Source: Cupriavidus necator (lineage in GTDB: Bacteria > Pseudomonadota > Gammaproteobacteria > Burkholderiales > Burkholderiaceae). From it: DNA of 32,000 nt. The stretch lies in NCBI RefSeq assembly GCF_016127575.1, contig NZ_CP066018.1, positions 1,920,001 through 1,952,000 on the forward strand, read 5' to 3'. Of this stretch, positions 23,660 to 30,834 are shown piece after piece; position 1 is the first letter of the stretch; every line of letters begins with the position of its first letter. The notes under the pieces were generated by a model that did not search any database, was not told the origin of the DNA, and saw only the letters and a list, made by a program, of their open reading frames with translations. A program made the position numbers and the translations under genes.

Positions 23660-24469
23660 TCAGAGCCCTTCCATCACCTTGTCCAGCCCCCGCACCACGC
23701 CGCGCACGGTGTGGACCTTGCGGATCGCCAGCAGCGCGCCGGCGACATAGGGCGTGGAGCCGTCGCCGGCCTCGTGCTTCAGGTGCAGGCGCTGGCCGTC
23801 GGCGCCGAAGATCACTTCCACGCCAAGCTGGTAGCCCGGCAGCCGCACCGCGTGCACCTGCGTGCCCGACATGGTGGCGCCGCGGGTTTCCTTCGGGCCC
23901 TTGACCTGGTCGACCGGCACCGCCTGCGCGGCGGCCTTGACCTGGCCGAGCCGGTAGGCCAGCTCGCGCACGGTGCCGGAGGGCACGTCGATCTTGCCGG
24001 CCTTGGCGTAGTCGATGATCTCCCAGTGCTCCAGGTGACGCGCGGCCATCTCGGCAAACTTCTGCAGCAGCACCACCGTGATGGCGAAATTGCCGCAGGC
24101 GAGCACGCCGCGGTCGGCCTGGCGCGCGGCCGCGTCGATCTCGGCATAGTCCTCGTCGGTCAGCCCCGAGGTGCCCACCACCACGTGCGTGCCGTGCGCC
24201 AGCGCCTGCAGGATGTTGTGCTTGGCGATGCCCGGCTTGGTGTATTCGACATAGACGTCGTAGGGCGTTTCCCCCAGGGCCTCGATGCTGGCGGCCGCCA
24301 CGCCCGGCGTATCGGCATGGCCGGTCAGCTGCGCCAGAGGCTGCCCGGCGGCGCCGCGCGACAGGCCGGCCACCAGGGTCATGTCGGCCGCATGGGCCAC
24401 GCCGCGCGCCAGTTCGCCGCCGGCCCAGCCGGTCACGCCGCCCACGGCGACACGGATCGGGTTGTTCAT
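23660..24469 (-). CDS. DapB-like (dihydrodipicolinate reductase family) oxidoreductase, a divergent paralogue
   Basis: 269 aa from MNNPIRVAVGGVTGWAGGEL (Rossmann fold). C-domain motif EIIDYAKAGKIDVPSGTV compares with E. coli DapB EIIEAHHRHKVDAPSGTA, so the conserved His-His is absent. The track ORF extension to 25204 is rejected. Confidence 0.8.
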   Translation of the reverse strand: MNNPIRVAVGGVTGWAGGELARGVAHAADMTLVAGLSRGAAGQPLAQLTGHADTPGVAAASIEALGETPYDVYVEYTKPGIAKHNILQALAHGTHVVVGTSGLTDEDYAEIDAAARQADRGVLACGNFAITVVLLQKFAEMAARHLEHWEIIDYAKAGKIDVPSGTVRELAYRLGQVKAAAQAVPVDQVKGPKETRGATMSGTQVHAVRLPGYQLGVEVIFGADGQRLHLKHEAGDGSTPYVAGALLAIRKVHTVRGVVRGLDKVMEGL

Positions 24470-24513
24470 ATTGTTGCTCCGCAAACGCTTGATCGGGTTG
24501 GCAGCATACCGCG

Positions 24514-24963
24514 TCAGCCGGCAGCGCGCCGGCGGTCGAGCTTGCGCGCGAGCACGATCGAGGTGGTGGTGTGGTTGACGCCGTCGAGCATGCCGATCTC
24601 GTCGAGCAGCCGGTCCAGGCGGTCGTGCGTGTCGCAGCGGATCGCCACCAGGTAGTCGACCGGGCCGCTGACCGAATTGACCTCTTCGATCTCGGGCAGG
24701 CGCTGCAGCGCGCGCAGGATCGCGGGCGCGGCCTTGGGCTGCACCGACAGGCCGCAATAGGCCAGGATGGCGTTGTCTTCCATGCGCTGCCCCAGCCGCA
24801 CGCCGTAGCCGGCAATCACCCCGCTGCGCTCCAGCCGCGCGATGCGCGCGACCACGGTGGTGCGGGCGATACCCAGGTGCCGGGCGAGGTTGGCGGCGCT
24901 TTCGCGGGCATTGGCCTGCAGCAGCGACAGCAGGTGCCGGTCGGTGGTGTCGAGCTCGGTCAT
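24514..24963 (-). CDS. Lrp/AsnC-family transcriptional regulator
   Basis: LDTTDRHLLSLLQANARESAANLARHLGIARTTVVARIARLERSGVI HTH plus a RAM/ACT-like C-domain. 149 aa. Confidence 0.9.
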   Translation of the reverse strand: MTELDTTDRHLLSLLQANARESAANLARHLGIARTTVVARIARLERSGVIAGYGVRLGQRMEDNAILAYCGLSVQPKAAPAILRALQRLPEIEEVNSVSGPVDYLVAIRCDTHDRLDRLLDEIGMLDGVNHTTTSIVLARKLDRRRAAG

Positions 24964-24976
24964 TACGTCGGGATGG

Positions 24977-25014
24977 TTCGTCGTTTCGTTCGATTATGGC
25001 GGGTTTTCGTCGTT
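24977..25014. promoter_or_regulatory. Direct repeat TTCGTCGTT x2 (29-nt spacing) in the A/T-richer divergent Lrp / lysine-catabolism promoter region
   Basis: Read directly at 24977-24985 and 25006-25014. Candidate Lrp boxes by position only. Confidence 0.3.
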
Positions 25015-25091
25015 CTTGTGGCTTCATTGTGTCGCGCTGGCTATCCATACTCCAGTCAACAGGACAACCTTTTCTTGTGGACGGAGACACC

Positions 25092-26273
25092 ATGCAAGCC
25101 TCGAACCTGGGCCGGCAGGCCCCGCGCGACCTGCCCAAGGCGACCCGCCCGCTGCACGTGGCGGTGCTGGGCGCGGGCAAGATCGGGCGCACCATTGCCA
25201 CCATGCTGCATGACAGTGGCGACTACCGCGTCAGCGTGGTCGACCATGACGCACGGCGCCTCGACGGCCTGCCGCGCGGCGTGCTGGCGCGCGCCGGCGA
25301 CCCCACCGAGCCTGGCACCTGCGCCGCGCTGCTGGCCGGCGCCGATGCCGTGCTCAACGCGCTGCCGTTCCACGCCGCGATCAGCGTGGCTTCGGTGGCG
25401 GCGCGCCTGGGCGTGCATTACTTCGACCTGACCGAGGACGTGGCCGCGACCCAGGCCATCCGCCAGCTGGCGCAAAGCGCGCGCTCGGTGCTGATGCCGC
25501 AGTGTGGGCTGGCGCCGGGCTTTATCGGCGTGGTCGGGCATGACCTGGCGCAGCGCTTCCTGCGCGGCGGGGGGGAACTGCTGGACCTGCAGATGCGGGT
25601 TGGCGCGCTGCCGCGCTACCCCAGCAATGCGCTCAAGTACAACCTGACCTGGAGCACCGAGGGACTGATCAACGAGTACTGCAACCCGTGCGAGGCCATC
25701 GTCGACGGCCGCCGCGTGGAACTGACGGCGCTGGAGGGGCTGGAAAGCTTTGCGCTGGACGGCATCGAGTACGAAGCCTTTAATACATCTGGCGGCCTGG
25801 GCACGCTGCCCGAGACGCTGGCCGGCCGCGCGCGCCATGTCGACTACAAGTCCATCCGCTATCCGGGCCATTGCGCGCTGATGAAACTGCTGCTCAACGA
25901 CCTGCGCCTGCGCGAACGCCGTGAATGGCTGCGCGATATCTTCGATCGCGCCATCCCGGTGACCGACCAGGACGTGGTGATCGTGTTCGCCACCGCCACC
26001 GGCTACCCGGCCGGGGGCGAACGCGGGCGCGGGCCGCTGACGCAGGCTTCGTTCTCGGCGCGCATCGGCGGGGTGGATGGCAAGGGGGGCCATGTCAACG
26101 CGATCCAGCTGACCACTGCCGCGGGCATCTGCACCGCGCTGGACATGGTGGCCACCGGCGCGCTGCCGCAATCCGGCTTCGTGCGGCAGGAGTCGATGCC
26201 GCTGGACGCCTTCCTTGCCAATCGCTTCGGCCGCCATTACACGCAGCATCCGCTCCAGGAGACCGTCATATGA
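25092..26273 (+). CDS. Saccharopine-dehydrogenase-family NAD(P) oxidoreductase (candidate L-lysine 6-dehydrogenase or saccharopine dehydrogenase)
   Basis: 393 aa from ATG 25092 (GGAGA RBS). Rossmann motif VAVLGAGKIGRTIA. The fold-family assignment comes from overall pattern and length. ATGA-coupled to the ALDH7 gene. Confidence 0.75.
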   Translation: MQASNLGRQAPRDLPKATRPLHVAVLGAGKIGRTIATMLHDSGDYRVSVVDHDARRLDGLPRGVLARAGDPTEPGTCAALLAGADAVLNALPFHAAISVASVAARLGVHYFDLTEDVAATQAIRQLAQSARSVLMPQCGLAPGFIGVVGHDLAQRFLRGGGELLDLQMRVGALPRYPSNALKYNLTWSTEGLINEYCNPCEAIVDGRRVELTALEGLESFALDGIEYEAFNTSGGLGTLPETLAGRARHVDYKSIRYPGHCALMKLLLNDLRLRERREWLRDIFDRAIPVTDQDVVIVFATATGYPAGGERGRGPLTQASFSARIGGVDGKGGHVNAIQLTTAAGICTALDMVATGALPQSGFVRQESMPLDAFLANRFGRHYTQHPLQETVI

Positions 26274-27787
26274 AAGCGCAAGAGTTCGCTGCCTGCTGGG
26301 ATTCGCTGGGCCTGCCGCGGCCGTGGCGGGAGGGCACGCCGGCCGGCGCCGTGACGGTCCGCTCGCCGGTCGATGGCGAGGCCATCGGCCATGTCCCGGC
26401 CTGCACGCCGGCGCAGGCCGATGCGCTGATCGCCCGCGCCCACGCGGCGCAGACCACCTGGGCGCTGCTGCCTGCGCCTGCGCGCGGCGAGATCGTGCGG
26501 CGCTTCGGCGAGGTGCTGCGCGAACACAAGCCGGCGCTGGGCCGGCTGGTCTCGCTCGAGTCCGGCAAGATCCTGCAGGAAGGCCTGGGCGAGGTGCAGG
26601 AGATGATCGACATCTGCGACTTCGCGGTCGGGCTGTCGCGCCAGTTGCACGGGCTGACCATTGCCTCCGAGCGCCCGCAGCATGCGATGCGCGAGACCTG
26701 GCATCCGTATGGGCTGTGCGGCGTGATCTCGGCCTTCAACTTTCCGGTGGCGGTGTGGGCGTGGAATGCGGCGCTGGCGCTGGTGTGCGGCAACGGCGTG
26801 ATCTGGAAACCCTCGGAAAAAGTCACCCTGTGCGCGCTGGCCGCGCATGGCCTGCTGGAGCGCGTGCTCGCCGCGGCGGCGCCGCAGCACGCCGGCATCT
26901 CGGCGGTGCTGCCGGGCGGGCGCATGCTGGGCACCCACCTGGTGTCGCACCCGGCGGTGCGGCTGGTCAGCGCCACCGGCTCGACCCGCATGGGCCGCGA
27001 GGTCGGCGTTGCCTGCGCCGGGCACTTCAAGCGCAGCATCCTGGAGCTGGGCGGCAACAATGCCGCCATCGTCGCGCCTTCGGCCGACATCGAGCTGGCG
27101 GTGCGGGCCATCACCTTCGCCGCGGCCGGCACCGCGGGCCAGCGTTGCACCACGCTGCGTCGCTGCTTTATCCACGCCGACCTGATGGACACCATGGCGA
27201 GCCGGCTGATCACCGTGTTCGACCGCCTGCCCGTCGGCGACCCGCTCGCTGACGGCACCCTGGTCGGCCCGCTGATCGACACCGCCGCGGGCGATGCCAT
27301 GGCCAATGCGCTGGCCGCCTGCCGCGCGCAGGGCAATATCGTCACCGGCGGCGAACGGCTGCTGGCCGACCGCTACCCGCATGCCTGTTACGTGCGGCCC
27401 GCGCTGGTGATGACCGACGCCCAGCACGACACCATGCTGACCGAAACCTTCGCGCCGATCCTGTACCTGATGCCGTACACCACGCTGGATGAGGCCATCG
27501 CGCTGAACAACGCCTCGCCGCACGGGCTATCGTCGTGCATCTTCACGGAATCGATGCGCGAGGCCGAGCGCTTCCTGTCGTCGGCAGGCAGCGACTGCGG
27601 CATCGCCAACGTCAACATCGGCACCAGCGGCGCAGAGATCGGCGGCGCCTTCGGCGGGGAAAAGGCAACCGGCGGGGGCCGCGAGTCGGGATCGGATGCG
27701 TGGAAGGGCTATATGCGCCGCGCCACCAACACGATCAACTATGGCGATTCGCTGCCGCTGGCGCAGGGGATACGGTTCGAGATCTGA
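26270..27787 (+). CDS. amaB: ALDH7-type alpha-aminoadipic semialdehyde / L-piperideine-6-carboxylate dehydrogenase
   Basis: 505 aa. Catalytic ELGGNNA and GTAGQRCT. C-terminal GSDCGIANVNIGTSGAEIGGAFGGEKATGGGRESGSDAWKGYMRRATNTINY is characteristic of ALDH7 (antiquitin/AmaB/Pcd). Confidence 0.9.
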   Translation: MKAQEFAACWDSLGLPRPWREGTPAGAVTVRSPVDGEAIGHVPACTPAQADALIARAHAAQTTWALLPAPARGEIVRRFGEVLREHKPALGRLVSLESGKILQEGLGEVQEMIDICDFAVGLSRQLHGLTIASERPQHAMRETWHPYGLCGVISAFNFPVAVWAWNAALALVCGNGVIWKPSEKVTLCALAAHGLLERVLAAAAPQHAGISAVLPGGRMLGTHLVSHPAVRLVSATGSTRMGREVGVACAGHFKRSILELGGNNAAIVAPSADIELAVRAITFAAAGTAGQRCTTLRRCFIHADLMDTMASRLITVFDRLPVGDPLADGTLVGPLIDTAAGDAMANALAACRAQGNIVTGGERLLADRYPHACYVRPALVMTDAQHDTMLTETFAPILYLMPYTTLDEAIALNNASPHGLSSCIFTESMREAERFLSSAGSDCGIANVNIGTSGAEIGGAFGGEKATGGGRESGSDAWKGYMRRATNTINYGDSLPLAQGIRFEI

Positions 27788-27920
27788 CGGCATCCCTGGG
27801 CGTGTTACAGGGCGCGTAGGGAACTGTAACAAGCCTTACACGCCTTTGACGCCGTATTACGCTTTCTGCCCGTATAACGTCAGCAGGGCAGGCACATGCC
27901 CGTTCCGACCCCAAGGACGA

Positions 27921-28142
27921 ATGATGAGAATGCTGACGATTGGACTGGCTGCCGCTGCGGCATCCGTCACCCTGCTGGGCGGCTGCGCCGTCTATCCCAC
28001 GCCTGCCGGCCCCGCGGTCGGCCCTGCGCCGGTGTACGTGGCGCCCGCGCCGGTGGTGGTGGCACCGCGGCCGTACTACTACGGCGGCTATGGCGGCTAC
28101 TATGGCCATGGCTACTATGGCCGGGGCTACCGCCGCTGGTAA
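27921..28142 (+). CDS. 73-aa lipoprotein with Pro/Val-rich linker and Tyr/Gly-rich tail
   Basis: AAGGA RBS. MMRMLTIGLAAAAASVTLLGGC lipobox. ...PRPYYYGGYGGYYGHGYYGRGYRRW*. The track's longer ORF from 27696 is rejected. Confidence 0.65.
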   Translation: MMRMLTIGLAAAAASVTLLGGCAVYPTPAGPAVGPAPVYVAPAPVVVAPRPYYYGGYGGYYGHGYYGRGYRRW

Positions 28143-28174
28143 TGAGCGCGGTTGGCACGACAATGCGCGAGGAT

Positions 28175-28205
28175 GCCGGCGCGTAGAGAGAGGCTGCGCG
28201 CCGGC
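28175..28205. terminator. Hairpin between convergent genes (9-bp GC stem)
   Basis: GCCGGCGCG-(13 nt)-CGCGCCGGC, between stops 28142 and 28212. Confidence 0.4.
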
Positions 28206-28211
28206 CGCAGT

Positions 28212-28835
28212 TCAGTTGCCGGCCGCGTCGCCGGCCCGGGCGTTCAGCCCGCCCCAGCTGGGCGCGAGCGTCTGGCCGATCTCCGGCAAATCCACCAGGT
28301 CGAGCACGCGCCCGACCGTATGGTCGACCAGTTCGGCAATGCTTTGCGGCTTCTGGTAGAAGCCCGGCACCGGCGGGAACACGATCCCGCCCATTTCCGT
28401 CACCGCCGTCATATTGCGCAGGTGCGCAAGGTTCAGCGGCGTTTCCCGCACCATCAGCACCAGCTTGCGCCGCTCCTTGAGCGTGACGTCGGCGGCGCGC
28501 GTGATCAGGTTGTCGGACAGGCCGTGCGCAATCGCCGCCAGCGTGCGCATGGAGCAGGGGGCGACCACCATCGCCTGTGCGCGGAACGAGCCGCTGGCGA
28601 TGGTCGCGCCGATGTCGCGCACGTTGTGCACGACGCTGGCCAGCGCCTCCACCTCGGCACGGCTGATGTCCAGCTCGTGCTGCAGGTTCATCACGCCGGC
28701 CGGCGAAATCAGCAGATGGGTTTCCACCGAGGGCGCCGCGCGCAGCACCTGCAGCAGGCGCACGCCGTAGATGGCACCAGTGGCGCCCGTGATGGCGACG
28801 ATCAGCCGTTTGGGTGTGCCGCCAGTCACGGACAT
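28212..28835 (-). CDS. ubiX: Flavin prenyltransferase UbiX (prFMN synthase)
   Basis: KRLIVAITGATGAIYGVRLL, APCSMRTLAAIAHGLSDNLITRAADV and LVLMVRETPL are UbiX/Pad1 signatures. 207 aa. Confidence 0.9.
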   Translation of the reverse strand: MSVTGGTPKRLIVAITGATGAIYGVRLLQVLRAAPSVETHLLISPAGVMNLQHELDISRAEVEALASVVHNVRDIGATIASGSFRAQAMVVAPCSMRTLAAIAHGLSDNLITRAADVTLKERRKLVLMVRETPLNLAHLRNMTAVTEMGGIVFPPVPGFYQKPQSIAELVDHTVGRVLDLVDLPEIGQTLAPSWGGLNARAGDAAGN

Positions 28836-28843
28836 AAAGGAAC

Positions 28844-29155
28844 TCAGCCCTTCAGCAGGGTTTGCAGTTCGCCGTTCTGGTACATCTCCATCATGATGTC
28901 CGAGCCGCCGATGAACTCGCCGTTCACGTAGAGCTGCGGAATGGTCGGCCAGTTGGCGTATTCCTTGATGCCCTGGCGGATGCCTTCGTCATCCAGCACG
29001 TTGACCGTGGTCGGCGCGTCCACGCCACAGGCCTTCAGAATCTGGATGGCGCGGCCCGAGAAGCCGCACATCGGGAATTGCGCGGTGCCCTTCATGAACA
29101 GGACTACCGGGTTGCTCTTGACGATCTGATCGATCTTTTGCTGCACGTCGCTCAT
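28844..29155 (-). CDS. grxD: Monothiol glutaredoxin (Grx4/GrxD type)
   Basis: 103 aa from MSDVQQKIDQIV. CGFS active site and WPTIPQLYVNGEFIGG. The track extension to 29218 (GTG) is rejected. Confidence 0.9.
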   Translation of the reverse strand: MSDVQQKIDQIVKSNPVVLFMKGTAQFPMCGFSGRAIQILKACGVDAPTTVNVLDDEGIRQGIKEYANWPTIPQLYVNGEFIGGSDIMMEMYQNGELQTLLKG

Positions 29156-29212
29156 GGTTTGCTTTTCAGTGGGGCGATGCCGTGTCGCGGGCGCCGCCTG
29201 GGGAGAATGGGA

Positions 29213-29268
29213 CGCCACGCGGCCTGGCCGCGTGGCGGGGATCTGACGGCGATTTTACCGGAATCGCC
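29213..29268 (-). other. Two perfect hairpins in the prmC-grxD spacer
   Basis: CGCCACGCGGCC-t-GGCCGCGTGGCG (29213-29237, 12-bp arms) and GGCGATT-ttaccgg-AATCGCC (29248-29268), read directly. Confidence 0.5.
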
Positions 29269-29276
29269 GCCGGGCT

Positions 29277-30170
29277 TCAGTGACCGGCAGTGGTGCCGCC
29301 GGGCCGGGCGCCTTGCCAGCGCCCGCCGGTGCAGCGTTCCAGGCCGGCCAGGTCGCGGGCGGTGAAGATCTCGGTGAAACCGGTGTCCTCCAGCAGCTGG
29401 CGGGTGGCCTGCGCCTGGTCGTAGCCATGCTCCATCAGCAGCCAGCCGTCAGGCAGCAGCCGGGCGCCGGCACCGCTGACAATGGCCCGCAGGTCGGACA
29501 GGCCGTCGTCGTGGTCGGTCAGCGCGTCGATCGGTTCGAAGCGCAGGTCGCCTTCGACCAGGTGCGGGTCGCCCGCGGCGATATAGGGCGGATTGCTGAC
29601 GATCAGGTGAAAGCGCAGGCCTGGCGGCAGCGCCGCGTACCAGTCAGACACCAGGAAGTGGATGCGGTCGGCGCCGAGCGCGCTGGCGTTGTCCTGCGCC
29701 ACCATCAGCGCGCCGGGCGAGATGTCGGTGGCCCAGACTTGCGCATCCCGGCGCTCGCGCGCCAGCGTCACGGCCAGGATGCCCGAGCCTGTGCCCAGGT
29801 CCAGCACGGTCGGCTGCGGCACCTCGGCCAGCCGCGCCAGCGAGGCTTCGGCGGCGACTTCGGTATCGGGCCGCGGGATCAGCACGTCAGGCGTGACCCG
29901 GAACTTGCGGCCGAAGAACTCGCGCTCGCCGATCAGGTAGGCCATCGGCTCGCCCGCCAGCCGCCGCGCCAGCAGCGTGGCAAAGGCGTCGCGCTGGGCG
30001 ATGGTGAGGGTGTCGGTGTCGCGGGTGATCAGCTGGGTGCGGCTCAGGCCGGTGACATGCGTCAGCAGCATGCGCACTTCCAGGGCAGGCAGCCCGGCCA
30101 TGGCGGCGAGGGTCTGGGCTTCGCGCAGCGTGGGGGTCGCCGGCAGCGCGGCAGAGTTTGGGGAAGACAT
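29277..30170 (-). CDS. prmC: Release-factor glutamine N5-methyltransferase PrmC (HemK)
   Basis: LDLGTGSG SAM motif, NPPY catalytic motif, and an N-domain alignable with E. coli PrmC (..LLTHVTG..). Start ATG 30170 (MSSPNS) was chosen by alignment logic. There is no obvious SD, so the start is uncertain. Confidence 0.85.
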   Translation of the reverse strand: MSSPNSAALPATPTLREAQTLAAMAGLPALEVRMLLTHVTGLSRTQLITRDTDTLTIAQRDAFATLLARRLAGEPMAYLIGEREFFGRKFRVTPDVLIPRPDTEVAAEASLARLAEVPQPTVLDLGTGSGILAVTLARERRDAQVWATDISPGALMVAQDNASALGADRIHFLVSDWYAALPPGLRFHLIVSNPPYIAAGDPHLVEGDLRFEPIDALTDHDDGLSDLRAIVSGAGARLLPDGWLLMEHGYDQAQATRQLLEDTGFTEIFTARDLAGLERCTGGRWQGARPGGTTAGH

Positions 30171-30203
30171 CGAAAGGGAGGGGACGGTTCTTTTGCCGGC
30201 TAC

Positions 30204-30236
30204 AAAAAACCCCACCGGCGCAAAGGCCTGGCGGGG
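30204..30236 (-). terminator. Rho-independent terminator after the Ala-rich lipoprotein gene
   Basis: On the minus strand: CCCCGCCaGGC-ctttgc-GCC-GGTGGGG followed by TTTTTT. It ends about 34 nt upstream of the prmC start. Confidence 0.65.
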
Positions 30237-30314
30237 CTTTGGGGCGGGACTTCCAGCTTGCCGCCAGTGTACCGCTCATCGACGGCGGGCGGCGCAATGC
30301 CCCCGCCGGGACGA

Positions 30315-30644
30315 TTACTTATTGACGGCGTCCTTGGCCTTGTCGGCACCCGTGTTGACGGCATCCTTGGCGGCCTGCTTGGCGTCTGCCATGGCGCTGC
30401 CGGCTTCTGCCTTGGCCTTGTCGGCGGCGGCCGAGAGGTCGGCTGCGGCACCGCTGGCGGCGGCCTTGGCGGCGTCTGCGGCGTTGCTGGCGGCAGCGGC
30501 GGCATCGCTGGCGGCGGCCTTGGCGGATTCAGCGGCGCTTTGCATGGCGCTCTCGGCGTTCGAGGCGGCAGGCGGAGCTTCTTCCTTCTTGCTGCAAGCG
30601 GCCATGGCCGCGGTGATCATCAACAGCGCGAGCAGTTTTTTCAT
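30315..30644 (-). CDS. 109-aa Ala/Lys/Asp-rich (LEA-like, predicted all-helical) lipoprotein
   Basis: MKKLLALLMITAAMAAC lipobox. Low-complexity mature part with recurring DAAKAAA / DKAKDAVN units. A perfect TATAAT (minus strand, + coordinates 30713-30718) lies about 69 nt upstream in an A/T-rich spacer. Confidence 0.7.
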   Translation of the reverse strand: MKKLLALLMITAAMAACSKKEEAPPAASNAESAMQSAAESAKAAASDAAAAASNAADAAKAAASGAAADLSAAADKAKAEAGSAMADAKQAAKDAVNTGADKAKDAVNK

Positions 30645-30834
30645 GATTTCGTCCTAGGTATGTTCTCGGGAGTGACTACCCGGCACCATTCTCCGTTTGC
30701 CGGTCGAAATCGATTATAGACAGCCGCCTTACCCCTACCAGTGCTGTTTCAAGCATTTACAAGAAATACAAAGATATCGGCGACTTTACGCGGTGTTCGG
30801 GGCGGAAGGCCGGTTGCACGACATTTTGTGGTGC

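Noticed and set aside
23418-27523. Large alternative-frame or antisense ORFs across the lysine locus (23418..24815, 23498..24655, 24571..25431, 25056..26249, 26215..27252, 26237..27523, 26266..27345)
   Set aside because: Each overlaps a gene with strong family motifs (DapB-like, Lrp, SDH-family, ALDH7). Their products are low-complexity Arg/Ala/Gly/Pro sequences.
27788-27920. Sigma70 promoter TTGACG ... TATAAC upstream of the mini-lipoprotein
   Set aside because: The spacer is about 21 nt, too long for a canonical promoter, and the alternative hexamer pairs are poor. It is not reported as a feature.
29280-30719. 479-aa + strand ORF opposite prmC and the Ala-rich lipoprotein
   Set aside because: It is antisense to prmC (NPPY and SAM motifs) and its product is low-complexity Gly/Arg/Ala.
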